This document shows, piece by piece, positions 28,873 to 39,256 of a stretch of DNA of 64,000 nt. The notes below the pieces were generated by a model, which was given only the letters and a program-made list of their open reading frames with translations, was not told the origin of the DNA and searched no databases. Numbering within the stretch: the first letter of the stretch is position 1; each line of letters begins with the position of its first letter. The translations under genes were made by a program, and so were the position numbers. Origin of the DNA: an uncultured virus (IMG/VR IMGVR_UViG_3300047443_000199) (Duplodnaviria > Heunggongvirae > Uroviricota > Caudoviricetes); the IMG/VR virus record IMGVR_UViG_3300047443_000199. One strand, written 5' to 3'.

Positions 28873-29039
28873 GTGCTAGGCTCGCTCTGCTTTGTGCACA
28901 GAGCAGGAGCCTTGGCGGGACTTGCAGGGACAATCTGCGGGTACGGTGGCCAAGCTGGATGTTGACGCATCCAGCCTGGTCGCTCCTTTTACTTTAATTT
29001 TTAAACTTCTGACTCGGGACGACTCATGCGCCCGGGCGA

Positions 29040-30074
29040 TCAATCCGGCACTTCAAGCACGACTTTCTGCGGCTTGCCGGAGGCCTTGGCCTTACCCTCC
29101 TTGCCACCGTTGCACTCCACCGACACCGTCCACCCGGACGGGGTGAAGGTGTGCTCCACCGACTCCACCAGGTATTCGCCATCGAGCCCGCGCTTGAAGT
29201 CTTGCGCCTTGATCATGATTTCGGCAAACAGGTCGGTCCGGCCCGGCAGGTCAAGGCGCACCGAGGCGGTGGATCGGTTGAACGCGGCCAGGCGCGCCTT
29301 CGCCGCCTCGTCGGCCGCCGTGCGATCCGGGTAGATATGCCGATCGGTGTGCACCGGCGGCAGGCCCTCGGGCACGTTGGGGTTGTCCAGATGCGAGACC
29401 AACAATTCCCCGCTGGCCGGGTCCTGGTATAGGGTGCTGACTCCTTGGTGGGCGCTGCGGTCGCTCAAGCGAAACTGCCAGCGGGTCACGTCATTGCGTT
29501 GCAAGGTGATCACACCCAAGTCCTTGCCACTGGCGCTTTGCCCGCCCTGTCGCGGCAGGACCAGCAGCTTGCCATCGGCCACCTTGGCCGTGCAGTCGTG
29601 CTTCTTGGCCACCCGGGTGATGAAGTTGAAGTCGGATTCATTGAACTGGTCCATGCGCGGCACCCGGGTGTCGACCGGGCACGACGGCTGCCAGCCATTG
29701 CGCGCGGCCACATCACCGACGATCTGCGCCAGGCTGACGTCCTCCCAACTGCCGCTGCGCGTGGTCTTGCCGCTGCCGCGCATGTCGCTGGCCTTGCCGC
29801 TGATCACCAGCGTGTCCGGCGGGCCGGAAACGGCCACCTCGTCCACGGTGTAGCGGCCCATGCGCGTCAGGTCGGCGCCGGCATAACCCAGGTAGACCTC
29901 GATACTCGCGCCACGCACGGGCAGCGACACCGCTCCATCGCGGTCATCAATGCGCAGCTCAAACGAATCTGAGGCCATTCCGGGCCGATCGGAGAGCTGC
30001 AGCGAGACCAGCCGATCATTGATCAAGGTGCTGATGTCGGCGCCATCGGCGACAATGCGGAAAAGCGGTTGCAT
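29040..30074 (-). CDS. Phage late control D (baseplate hub) protein
   Basis: P2 gpD-like: DSFELRIDDRDG, ESDFNFITR. Confidence 0.92.
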   Translation of the reverse strand: MQPLFRIVADGADISTLINDRLVSLQLSDRPGMASDSFELRIDDRDGAVSLPVRGASIEVYLGYAGADLTRMGRYTVDEVAVSGPPDTLVISGKASDMRGSGKTTRSGSWEDVSLAQIVGDVAARNGWQPSCPVDTRVPRMDQFNESDFNFITRVAKKHDCTAKVADGKLLVLPRQGGQSASGKDLGVITLQRNDVTRWQFRLSDRSAHQGVSTLYQDPASGELLVSHLDNPNVPEGLPPVHTDRHIYPDRTAADEAAKARLAAFNRSTASVRLDLPGRTDLFAEIMIKAQDFKRGLDGEYLVESVEHTFTPSGWTVSVECNGGKEGKAKASGKPQKVVLEVPD

Positions 30075-30126
30075 GACGACACCTCAGACAAGAAAAAGCC
30101 CGCACGCGGCGGGCTGGTTAACGGGA

Positions 30127-30333
30127 TTAATCCCACAGTGAAATCACGCTGTCAGTCTCCACCACCAGGTCCGGCAGCGTGATCAGTACGCCGGCCCGGA
30201 ACGGCTGCGGCTCATCGGCCAGGCCCTGATTGGCGGCCAGCACCGCCTCGACGCTGCGGTTCAGATGGCCGTAATAGTGGTGGCACAGGGTGTCGAGCAG
30301 ATCCCCGTCAGCCGTTCTGCAGGTCATCGCCAT
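30127..30333 (-). CDS. Tail protein X
   Basis: GDLLDTLC..YYG....VLAANQGLA. Confidence 0.9.
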   Translation of the reverse strand: MAMTCRTADGDLLDTLCHHYYGHLNRSVEAVLAANQGLADEPQPFRAGVLITLPDLVVETDSVISLWD

Positions 30334-31165
30334 AACGGACAAACTCCAATGAAAAGCCCTGCTTGCGCGGGATCGCCCCGGGCAGCAACGCGCTTTGCTC
30401 TTCGTCAATATTGGTCAAACACCAGTTGCCCAACACCTCTCCATAACCGGTGGTCAGGTTCAGCGGCAGCAACTTGGCACCGATGCTGCGCAGCCTATCC
30501 AGCTGCTTCAGCCCACCTTTGAAGCTCGGGTAGATCGCGCCCTTGATGGTGATTTTCTCCTCACCCAGACCCACTGCCTGCTGTGCTGGGCGCCGGGTCA
30601 GACGTTCCTGTGCGGCCCAGCGAAACGCCGTCTGCCGGCGCAGTTCATCGAAGGCTGCCGTGTCCAGGTTGAAGTAGTACGGTCGCTCATTGGCTTTCAG
30701 CGGGTAGAGGATCAGCAGGTGCGGGAATGGCTTCACCGCGTCGGGAATCGGCGACATATCGCCGGAAAACCATTCCGTGGGGAAGATGTTGCCCAACGTG
30801 GCATTGGCCTTGCCGGCGACCTTGTTGAACGCCGCGCCAAAGCGGCCAATCTGCTCAGTCAACGCAGAAAAATGCTCATCAAACTGGGCCAGGGCGCGCT
30901 GGGTCTGGTTGTAGTAGCTGGCCACCTTGCCGATCTTGGCCTGCGCCGAGTTGATTGCACTTTGCAGACGGCGGGTCTTGTCGCTCAGGTCCTCGCTGAG
31001 AAAGGGCAAGCCTTCCAGCGCATCCGCCGCCCCGCTGATTTCATTGAGCGCGCCATTCATGGGCCCGGTCATCGACTCGATGTCCGTGCGACCGGCTTCA
31101 CCTGCGTCGACCATGTACTTGAGGCTACCCTGCAGGTGCTCCAGGTAGTTTTTTTCATCACCCAT
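30308..31165 (-). CDS. P2 GpU-like tail protein
   Basis: C-terminal WAAQERL..QAVGLGEEKITIKG; position after tape measure. Confidence 0.85.
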   Translation of the reverse strand: MGDEKNYLEHLQGSLKYMVDAGEAGRTDIESMTGPMNGALNEISGAADALEGLPFLSEDLSDKTRRLQSAINSAQAKIGKVASYYNQTQRALAQFDEHFSALTEQIGRFGAAFNKVAGKANATLGNIFPTEWFSGDMSPIPDAVKPFPHLLILYPLKANERPYYFNLDTAAFDELRRQTAFRWAAQERLTRRPAQQAVGLGEEKITIKGAIYPSFKGGLKQLDRLRSIGAKLLPLNLTTGYGEVLGNWCLTNIDEEQSALLPGAIPRKQGFSLEFVRYGDDLQNG

Positions 31166-31174
31166 AACACTTCC

Positions 31175-33511
31175 TTAGCCCACATGGGGCGCATCAAACA
31201 ACTGGCGGTTACGCGCCTCCCGGGCGAAGTCGTCAAACTGGCGCCGCAGGTACGGCATCAGCTCCTGCGCCAACTGCGCCGGATCTTTCACATCGCCCTG
31301 CACCTGAAAAACCGGTGCCGGAGCGAAGGTAAATTGCTGATCGACCTTCGGCCATTCGGGTGTTTTTGCCGCCGTGCTCGACATCAATGCCGCCGCTGTG
31401 ACCGGCGCGGCGGGGGCGTTTTCCATCGCACGCACGACCGCGCCCACCCCTTGGCCGGCGGCCATGGGCAAGATGCCGATCGGTGCTTTGGCCGGCGTGT
31501 CCGGTCCGCCAAACAAGGCCTTGCCCATGGTCGCGCCCACGTCACCGCCGCCCCACGCGCCGACCATGCCACCGATCACTCCGCCAATCGCGGTTCCGAT
31601 CAGTGGGATGATCGAACCGATGGCCGCGCCGGCCGCTGCACCCGCCAGGCCTCCGGCCAAGCTACCCGCCGCCCCGCCGTAACCTTCAGCCTTTTCATCG
31701 CGGGTGGTGGCGTTCAGGTAAGTGTCCACTACCTGGTAGCCGGCAGCAGCCACCGCCACCGCCCCGCCCGCTTTCACGCCACGGGAAAGTCGATTGGCAG
31801 AACCTTTTCCCTTTCGACCTGGATCGCGATCCAGTCCTTCGTCATCACCGTCCTTCGCGTTGGTCACGAACACCCGCTGGACGATGTTGGATCGGTCGCC
31901 GGCCGAACCGCGCGCGATGTTGGCCAGCCCCCGACCGATTTTCAGCGCGGCCCAGGCTTTGCCCAATACCAACGCACCAGCAGTGAGTGCCGCCAGGCCC
32001 AGCACGGCCTTGGGCGTTTCCTCGGACAAAGCGGTCAAGCCACGCGCCGCCGCGCCAATCCCGATGGCCAGCGCATCCGTCGCCGGACGCAGGGCATCAC
32101 CGATGGCCCGCAGCGAATCGTTGAACGCCTGACCGGTTTCGGCCCAGCGTTGTGACGAGGCTTCGCGACGCTCGCTCAGGTTCTTGTCGAGAATGTCCTT
32201 GCGTTGGCCGTTGGGGTTCGAGGCGTCCCTTTTCAGGTCCGCATACAGCTTTTTGTTCTGGGTGTACGCCATCAGCGCGGTCTTGACCTGCATGTCGGCA
32301 AATACATCACCGGTACGTAGGGTCGCGGCCAGAGCATCGGCCATCGCTTGCGCCTTGGCCGGGTCCGTCTCCTGGTTGATTTTGGTCAGGCCCTGATCCA
32401 GCTGTTTGGCCTTTTTGGGGTCGGTCTTTTCCACGTACCGGCGAGCCAGTTCAAAACTGGCTTCAAAGGTCGACAGGCCCTTGCCAATGGCGGCGTTCAT
32501 CGAGCCCTGATAGTCGATCCCGGCATCGGCATAACCTTTGACCGTTTCCCCTGAACCGATTTTCGCAATCCAGTTTTTCAGGTTGTTCGCCGCCTCATCG
32601 GCACTGCCGGCGCTCTTGATCTGCACCTGCAGCATGGCGCCCAACTGGGTCACCGCATCCTGACCGGTGATGCCGCTGCTGGCCATCTGCGCCAGCAGTT
32701 CCGGAAACCACTTGGCCATGTCGGCCGCTTCGAAGCTGCCTTGCTGGCCCAATAGCGCGACTGACGCCAGGGCTTGTTCCATGCTCTTGGGATCAGTGAG
32801 CTTGGCGTTGTTCTGCATCGCCAGAATCATCTTCGCCGTGTCGGTACCCAACGCGCCCTGCCCGACCGCAAACTTGGCGGCCACCGGGGCATACTTCAGC
32901 GCCTGGGCCAACTCCATGCCGCCACCGACCAGCTGGTTCACCAGCTCGGCCACCTGGGTGTTGGCCATGCCGGTGTCTTTCGAAGTCTGCACAATGTCGC
33001 GGGCGGTATTTACTTCCTGTTGAGTATTGGCGATACCGGACTTGATCGCGATGTCACGAATGATCGCCTGAAAATCCGCACTGACTTTGGTCGGCACCGC
33101 AGCCAGGGTGGTGCCGGCCACCGCCGTGCCGAAACCGCTACGCAGGCTTTCCTGCCCCTCCTGCACCTGCGCCATGCCTTTGGCCTTGAACTCGGCGCTG
33201 CGCACCACCTTGCCCAGCGCCAGGTACTCCTGACGCAGGCGGCCGACTTCAATCCCCTGCTTGCGCAGGCTGCTGGTGTTGGTCTCCAGTTTGCGCAGCA
33301 GGGCGTCGGCATTGGCCGCGCCACTGTCGTGAGCCTTTTTCCATTCATCGCGCAGACGCATGGTCTCGCCGATGACTTTCTGCAAACCCTTGGCACGGGT
33401 GGTTTGCGCCTCGAGCTTTTTCATTTCGCCGCTGACGTTCTTGAAGGCGGCGCCGAGGGATGAATCGACGGCGCCACCAATCACCAGCCCGAGCGAGAGT
33501 TTGTTCGCCAT
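31175..33511 (-). CDS. Tail tape measure protein
   Basis: Long Ala/Gly-rich helical ORF after tail chaperone. Confidence 0.93.
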   Translation of the reverse strand: MANKLSLGLVIGGAVDSSLGAAFKNVSGEMKKLEAQTTRAKGLQKVIGETMRLRDEWKKAHDSGAANADALLRKLETNTSSLRKQGIEVGRLRQEYLALGKVVRSAEFKAKGMAQVQEGQESLRSGFGTAVAGTTLAAVPTKVSADFQAIIRDIAIKSGIANTQQEVNTARDIVQTSKDTGMANTQVAELVNQLVGGGMELAQALKYAPVAAKFAVGQGALGTDTAKMILAMQNNAKLTDPKSMEQALASVALLGQQGSFEAADMAKWFPELLAQMASSGITGQDAVTQLGAMLQVQIKSAGSADEAANNLKNWIAKIGSGETVKGYADAGIDYQGSMNAAIGKGLSTFEASFELARRYVEKTDPKKAKQLDQGLTKINQETDPAKAQAMADALAATLRTGDVFADMQVKTALMAYTQNKKLYADLKRDASNPNGQRKDILDKNLSERREASSQRWAETGQAFNDSLRAIGDALRPATDALAIGIGAAARGLTALSEETPKAVLGLAALTAGALVLGKAWAALKIGRGLANIARGSAGDRSNIVQRVFVTNAKDGDDEGLDRDPGRKGKGSANRLSRGVKAGGAVAVAAAGYQVVDTYLNATTRDEKAEGYGGAAGSLAGGLAGAAAGAAIGSIIPLIGTAIGGVIGGMVGAWGGGDVGATMGKALFGGPDTPAKAPIGILPMAAGQGVGAVVRAMENAPAAPVTAAALMSSTAAKTPEWPKVDQQFTFAPAPVFQVQGDVKDPAQLAQELMPYLRRQFDDFAREARNRQLFDAPHVG

Positions 33512-33540
33512 GCTTATCACCTACGTGCGACGGGGTGGGC

Positions 33541-33660
33541 TCAATCCGTGAGCCACCAGACCATCTCGGAAAACGACAGCCCCTGAATCTCGGCCGCCGA
33601 AAAATTCAGCTCGACGGCCAGGCGTTTAGCCAGGGCCTTTTGCAGGCGGGGATTAAACCC
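33541..33660 (-). CDS. Frameshifted C-terminal extension of tail assembly chaperone (gpE'-like)
   Basis: FNPRLQKALAKRLAVELNFSAAEIQGLSFSEMVWWLTD*, no start codon, overlaps GGGGTTTAA. Confidence 0.65.
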   Translation of the reverse strand, partial: GFNPRLQKALAKRLAVELNFSAAEIQGLSFSEMVWWLTD

Positions 33661-33961
33661 CGTCGTCTGCTCCCAGACGAAAATAGGCGGTCTGCAGACG
33701 ACGGTAATCACGCATCAGCAGCCCCTCCAAATCCGCGCGGCCGATACTTGCCAGGCTGCAGAACAAGACCATTTCCTGTTCTTCTTCGTTGCTTCCGCCC
33801 TGCAGGGTCGCGGCGCGCATCTCGCGCACCGTCGGCTCGCGCAGGGTCAGCTTGTCGACCTTGATGCCATTGGCCTCGCTCGGTTTGGATAGGATGACGG
33901 TGGCGATGCCATCGCCCAGTTGCAGCCACTTGGGCAGGACGTTGTCTTTCGCGTTATTCAT
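33653..33961 (-). CDS. Tail assembly chaperone
   Basis: LTLREPTVRE...DYRRLQ; between tube and tape measure. Confidence 0.88.
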   Translation of the reverse strand: MNNAKDNVLPKWLQLGDGIATVILSKPSEANGIKVDKLTLREPTVREMRAATLQGGSNEEEQEMVLFCSLASIGRADLEGLLMRDYRRLQTAYFRLGADDGV

Positions 33962-33972
33962 GGTGGTATTCC

Positions 33973-34476
33973 TTACATGCCCAGGGCAGACCGCACGGCG
34001 GCCAGTTGGTCGACGCCATCGATGACGCGGATCGAGTTGAGAGGATCGATTTCAAACATCACGCTGCCGTCGATCTCCAGCTTGTAATAGGTCACGGCGA
34101 CGGCGTACTTGAACTCGCCTTTTTCACCCGGTTTCCAGTCCCCCGGGTCGACTTCCTTGAGGCTGCCACGCAGGGTGGCGACCACCGACTTGACCACACC
34201 TTTCTGGCCCTTAAAGGCACCGCGGAACGAGGCGTTGAACCCGGTCAAGTCGGACTGGCCGAAGAACTTCAGCACCTCGCGGCGCACACCATTGGTGAGG
34301 AAGCTGGCTTCCAGCTTCTCCATACCCATGTCGAGTTCGACCGCCGCGTCCATGCCGCCCGCGCGGTATTCGTCAGTCTTGAGGGTCAACTTGGGCAGGG
34401 TCAGGCTCGGCACGTCGCCTTGCAGGCTGATGCCGTCCACGAACAGGTTGGTGTTGTAGAGCACTTCCGGAATCAT
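33973..34476 (-). CDS. Major tail tube protein (P2 FII-like)
   Basis: LPKL..KTDEYRAGGM; YYKLEIDG. Confidence 0.95.
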   Translation of the reverse strand: MIPEVLYNTNLFVDGISLQGDVPSLTLPKLTLKTDEYRAGGMDAAVELDMGMEKLEASFLTNGVRREVLKFFGQSDLTGFNASFRGAFKGQKGVVKSVVATLRGSLKEVDPGDWKPGEKGEFKYAVAVTYYKLEIDGSVMFEIDPLNSIRVIDGVDQLAAVRSALGM

Positions 34477-34488
34477 AGAGCGGCCTCC

Positions 34489-35652
34489 TTAGGCAGCGGT
34501 GTCCAGCACTTCAGTGATCCACTGATCGGTCACCTCCACGCGGAAGTTCGGGTTTTCGGCCGGCGGCACATCGGTGAACCGGATGTTCCAGTACACCTTG
34601 CCGTCGCTGAGTTCGCTGGAGGTGTTCAGCTCTTCGTCGGCATAGACCTCAAAGTTGATGATCGCGCCCTGATTCTTCAGGTCGCGCATGAACGCCTGCA
34701 GGCCTTCGGTCACGTCCTTGACGTAGGTCGCGGTGATCGAGCGGTCGACGGCCCACTTGTGCGCGTAGAGGATGGCGTCCATGACGATATCCAGCGTGCG
34801 CACGCGGGTGACGAACTTCCATTTCGGGTCACTGGACAGTGTGCGGTTGCCCCACAGCCGGTACCCGTCATCACGGATGATCGTGGTGATGTTGGCGTTG
34901 TTCAGCACGTTGGCCCGGCAGGACGCATCGCCGTCGAGAAACTCGATCGGCCGCGTGGTGCCGGTGATGCCGACAAACTCCTTGTTCGACGGCGAGGCCC
35001 AGAAACCGTAGGTGGCATCGGTCCAGGCAAACAGGCCGGCGGTCCAGGCCGATGCTGGTGCGTTGACGGTAGCGCTGGTTCCGGTGTCCCAGAACTGCAC
35101 GCCAGGGTCGACCATGTAGGCGTGTTTGCTGCCGAAATTTTCGGCATAAGCAATCGCCGCTTCGTCGGTGGTGTTCGGCCCGTCGAGGATGGCCATGGCC
35201 CGCATCTTGTCGCCCAGCGCGACCAACTCGGTGGCCACCGCCAGCGTCGCCGAGTACCCCGGGGAAACCAGCAAGCGTGGCTGGGCGTTGAACTTGCTTT
35301 TGCCGTTGAGCAGCGCCTGCATACCGGTACGCGTGCCGTCAGCCCAAACGCCACCGATGATCGCGGACAGCTGCTCGGCCGGGTCGTCCAGTACCGGCAC
35401 ACCGACGGCGACAATCACCGCCTTCGACCGCTTGAAAATGGCCTTGCAGTCCTGGGTGATCGCCGCATCCGGTCCCCAGGCGGCGACCGCTTCGCTTTCG
35501 CGGGTGATCAGCAGCAATTCGTTGGCCGCCGCGGTCGCCGGCGGCGCCACGGTGAAGGTGTTGCACAGGCCGATGATCGACGCGGACGGGGTGGCGATAT
35601 GCCGGGCGCCGGTGTCCACCAAGGTCACGGTGACGCCGTGAAAAAAACTCAT
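34489..35652 (-). CDS. Tail sheath protein
   Basis: FFHGVTV, SPSNKE, LWGNRT, PPAEN. Confidence 0.95.
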   Translation of the reverse strand: MSFFHGVTVTLVDTGARHIATPSASIIGLCNTFTVAPPATAAANELLLITRESEAVAAWGPDAAITQDCKAIFKRSKAVIVAVGVPVLDDPAEQLSAIIGGVWADGTRTGMQALLNGKSKFNAQPRLLVSPGYSATLAVATELVALGDKMRAMAILDGPNTTDEAAIAYAENFGSKHAYMVDPGVQFWDTGTSATVNAPASAWTAGLFAWTDATYGFWASPSNKEFVGITGTTRPIEFLDGDASCRANVLNNANITTIIRDDGYRLWGNRTLSSDPKWKFVTRVRTLDIVMDAILYAHKWAVDRSITATYVKDVTEGLQAFMRDLKNQGAIINFEVYADEELNTSSELSDGKVYWNIRFTDVPPAENPNFRVEVTDQWITEVLDTAA

Positions 35653-35754
35653 AGAGTGATGCTCCAGAAACGAAAAAGCCCCGCATAAGCGAGGCCGTGG
35701 GGATGTGCGGTGATGTGCAGCATGGAAAAGAAAACGCCCCGGCAATGCGGGGCG

Positions 35755-36345
35755 TCAGGACGCGGTGCTGGTCAGTCCGTCCGGCTTTAACGGCCGTTTA
35801 TCACTGGCTGGAAAGTCTGGCGAAAGAGGCCAGGCCCGCAGTTCATTGCGGTAGGTGCGCCAGGCGAGTTCGGTGTTCAGCGCAGCCGGGTCAGCATCCA
35901 GATGTTTGTCGATCTCTCGGCCAGCCCAATGCAGTTCGTTTTCGATCCATGACTTTTCTCGGCGGCTCTGAAGCGCCAGATCGAGCGCGGCATCTAATAC
36001 CCAGTCGAGACCATCCCAGATATAGGCCGAACCCGGTCGCGGCAAGGTCGTCAGCTCGGCCGGTAACTCGCCCGGCATCGAGTGCGTCACCTCGGCACCA
36101 TCAGTGGTGCGGAAAGCCACGCCCCGGAAGTCGGGCACGACACTCCATGCATCCTGCTGCCTAACGACCACCTGTTGTTCCGGAGCTTGTGGTGGTTCAT
36201 CCAGCGTTGCGCCAGCCGGTAGACCGCAGCCACGGCTCACATAGATTTCGTTCTTTCCGAGGTATTCAGCAGTGGTTTCACTGAACGTGTAAACGTCGAT
36301 CCAGCCGCTCTCTTCAAAAAAACCATTCACTAGAGTAGTCATCAA
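35755..36345 (-). CDS. Tail fibre assembly protein
   Basis: GLPAGATLDEPP, W...DFRG, WRTYRNELR. Confidence 0.88.
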   Translation of the reverse strand: MMTTLVNGFFEESGWIDVYTFSETTAEYLGKNEIYVSRGCGLPAGATLDEPPQAPEQQVVVRQQDAWSVVPDFRGVAFRTTDGAEVTHSMPGELPAELTTLPRPGSAYIWDGLDWVLDAALDLALQSRREKSWIENELHWAGREIDKHLDADPAALNTELAWRTYRNELRAWPLSPDFPASDKRPLKPDGLTSTAS

Positions 36346-38651
36346 TACATCCTGCAGATGTAGTTGTAAGCCACGTTGCGCATGCGGGTTTCCGTGCTCA
36401 CACGGGCGACGGCTGAAGGATTAAAAGTTACAGACATGTTGCCCGTTGTACTGACTCGTGGTGCAGCGGGTATATCACTCGTCATGTAACCAGTAGCCGT
36501 AAATACGCCGGTCGCGGTATTCACAAGTAACATCGAATCATCGTCCTGTAGCCTGAGTTCACCCGTCATGTTTTGTAGCGTGTCGAGTTGAAGGCTCAAC
36601 ACGGCGCGCCCAGAGTCGGGGTCAATTCCGCGCCCGCCGTCCAGACCACGAATCGACTCGGCACGCATGTCTGGCAGGAAGCCGCTGGGATACACGGCGG
36701 CCAATGCCGGGTACCACTCGACATTGAACGGCTGTCCCCCCATCAACACGCATTTCTCGGGCGGCGTAGCAGTTGGCCATGGAAACGGCACGCCGATGGG
36801 AAGCGAAAATATGGCAGCAGGATCAAAATTGGCCTGGGTCCAGATATGCCCGAAATCAGACGCATCAACCTGTATTTTTATTTGACCCGTGGCGTTGTTG
36901 TAGCCGATGTGAATTTTATTGGGGTCTTGACCCACCCCCCCGCCTTGCTGCACGGGAGCGAAGCCCAACGCAGGTTGGTACGCAGCAGGGTTAAAGTTAT
37001 TAGTGTCCCAACCGGTTGCCCACGCACTGAATACGTATCCCTCTGGGCCCAGAACACCGCCACGAGTAATAGTTGTACCGGTGTTATAGCCGATGATTTG
37101 TTGCCAGAGGGTGTCTTGACTGACCGTAACCAGCATGGGGGAGAATTGACCGCCTTCTGGAACGTTCGGGCCGGGGTTCACTCGGTACATACCCACGGTG
37201 GTGACTGTGTTTAGATCGGTGCCGTCGGGAAGGACAATCCCGCCGTGACCGATGCCATAAGCACCCGTGAGCAATACACGGCCTGGCGTGTCATCTTGGG
37301 GGTAGATTTGTTTAACCAGATTGGTTGAGTCCCAGATGCTTTCCCATTCGCCCCAAACACCGGCAGTCAAGGCCCGGCGGTGAAGGGTGTGGTCGGCATT
37401 CCCATAAATCTCCTGGAAGGCGTATTGACCTGGTGTAATCGCCGAGACGCGAACCCAACCCTCATAGATCCCGCCTCCTGGCCCTCCTATGCCATTGCTG
37501 ATGAAATAGAGGGCCGTCTCCGCGTTCAAGCCACCGATGTCAACATCACTGACCGCATAGGCGGGCCCGCCCCAGCCGAACGCTCCGACCTTCATCAGCG
37601 CATCAGGCGTTCCATCGTGCAGATAGACCTGCACATCAGCGGTCGCGGCGGAGCCAAGCCCGAGGTTATTCCGAGCCTCGACCACATCCGCAACATCGCC
37701 CAGGTTTTCACTCACCGCCAGGGCATCGGTGATGCCGTAGCCGGCCAGGGTGGTCGGGTTGGTGCCAGCGATCACATGCCCAAGGGCATCGACGGTGACA
37801 CTGCGAAAGGTGCCCACACCGCCCCCACTGCCGCCCGCGATCATTTCAAACTGCAAACCGGTGGTGCCGAGGGTGATCGGCGCGTCGGTGACCAACTGCC
37901 AGAGGCTGTCGCCGTTGGTCGTGCCCTGCTCGACGTGGATAAACAACCCCGGTGTCACTTCCAGGCTGTTGTCGGCATCGGCGGCCCGCGTCCAGCCTTC
38001 GGCGCTGACGACATAGACACCGTTGTTCTGGGCCTCTGCCTGGGCGGTCACCAGCACGCGATCACCGGCGGCCATGGCCACGTCATCGATGGTCTGCACA
38101 TTGCTCAGGGTGATGGGGACTGTGGCCGCGACCCGCGCTGACTGTTTGTGATCCAGCTTGGCCAGCGCCTCACTGATAGCCAGGTCGACGTATTCACGCG
38201 TGGCCAGCACCACCGCCGGGTCAATCTTCAGCACGATGTTCGCCGAGCTGCTGACGATGAAATTCATCCGCACGACCTGGGTTTTACCACTGCCCTGGTC
38301 CAGCAATGGTTTATAGCTCGGCGCGCAGTTGGCCACCGCCACCAGATCACCGTCGACATCGTACAGGCCGATCTCGCGAATCCACTCACCGCCCACTTCC
38401 GGCGGAATGATCTGCTCAGTGATCACCGTGTTGGGATTGGCCGGATCGACCCGGATCTGGTTGATCGGCGCCCGGCGCCATTCGTTGATCAGCAGGGTCT
38501 GCAGGCGATCGGGAATCGGGTCGGTGCCGTTGGCATCGCCCAGGCCCATCTCGGTGAACATCCAGTCCAGGCCCATGGCGATGGCATTGGCGTGCTTGGC
38601 TTCACCGACCGCCGTGAGAATGGCAAAAAACTGACTGGTTTTATCAATCAT
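36342..38651 (-). CDS. Tail fibre protein
   Basis: P2 gpH-like N-terminus (GGEWIREIGLYD); collar domain (PIGVPFPWP...RGLDGGRG); ETRMRNVAYNYI. Confidence 0.93.
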   Translation of the reverse strand: MIDKTSQFFAILTAVGEAKHANAIAMGLDWMFTEMGLGDANGTDPIPDRLQTLLINEWRRAPINQIRVDPANPNTVITEQIIPPEVGGEWIREIGLYDVDGDLVAVANCAPSYKPLLDQGSGKTQVVRMNFIVSSSANIVLKIDPAVVLATREYVDLAISEALAKLDHKQSARVAATVPITLSNVQTIDDVAMAAGDRVLVTAQAEAQNNGVYVVSAEGWTRAADADNSLEVTPGLFIHVEQGTTNGDSLWQLVTDAPITLGTTGLQFEMIAGGSGGGVGTFRSVTVDALGHVIAGTNPTTLAGYGITDALAVSENLGDVADVVEARNNLGLGSAATADVQVYLHDGTPDALMKVGAFGWGGPAYAVSDVDIGGLNAETALYFISNGIGGPGGGIYEGWVRVSAITPGQYAFQEIYGNADHTLHRRALTAGVWGEWESIWDSTNLVKQIYPQDDTPGRVLLTGAYGIGHGGIVLPDGTDLNTVTTVGMYRVNPGPNVPEGGQFSPMLVTVSQDTLWQQIIGYNTGTTITRGGVLGPEGYVFSAWATGWDTNNFNPAAYQPALGFAPVQQGGGVGQDPNKIHIGYNNATGQIKIQVDASDFGHIWTQANFDPAAIFSLPIGVPFPWPTATPPEKCVLMGGQPFNVEWYPALAAVYPSGFLPDMRAESIRGLDGGRGIDPDSGRAVLSLQLDTLQNMTGELRLQDDDSMLLVNTATGVFTATGYMTSDIPAAPRVSTTGNMSVTFNPSAVARVSTETRMRNVAYNYICRMY

Positions 38652-39255
38652 AGGGATAAACGTCCAAAGTATCGGTTTCATCGACGCAGAGCGCCGGGCC
38701 AAAAGTGCCGGTCACGTCGATGTCTTTCGGGGCCGGCGGGTACACGTCGATCTCTTCACCTTCTTGCACGCACACTGCAATGCCCAGCACCCCCTCGGTC
38801 TGCAGGCTGAGCGCCAGGTTGGTCATGTGCCGGCTGACCGGACGGGCGTCGTCGATCAACCACGCCAGTTCCTCATACAGTTCCTCGGTGATACCCGAAT
38901 CATTCAGGCCGACTTCTAGGGCGAAGGTGCCGGGCGCGCCTTCCGGCACAGTGTCGAACCACTCGACCACGTCGATCAGGTAGCCCAAGGGCTCGACCAC
39001 CCGGCGCAACGCACCGATGGTGCCTTTGCGCGCATGCACGTCGTACGCCGAACGGATTGCCGTGCGCTTGGCCTCCTGCGTCCAGTTGTTGTTCCAGCGG
39101 TCCACCGACCAGGCCGACGCCAGATACGGCAACAGGTGTTCAGGGCAGGTATCGGCGTTGTACAAACTGCGCAGCGGAATCAGTGTGTTTTCATAGTTGG
39201 CCGCTTCCACAGCCAGCTCCAGCGGCGTGCTGTTGAGCGGCAGCTGAGTAGTCAT
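38644..39255 (-). CDS. Tail protein I
   Basis: CPEHLLPYLA..WSVD; HARKGT. Confidence 0.93.
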   Translation of the reverse strand: MTTQLPLNSTPLELAVEAANYENTLIPLRSLYNADTCPEHLLPYLASAWSVDRWNNNWTQEAKRTAIRSAYDVHARKGTIGALRRVVEPLGYLIDVVEWFDTVPEGAPGTFALEVGLNDSGITEELYEELAWLIDDARPVSRHMTNLALSLQTEGVLGIAVCVQEGEEIDVYPPAPKDIDVTGTFGPALCVDETDTLDVYPYD

Positions 39256-39256
39256 G

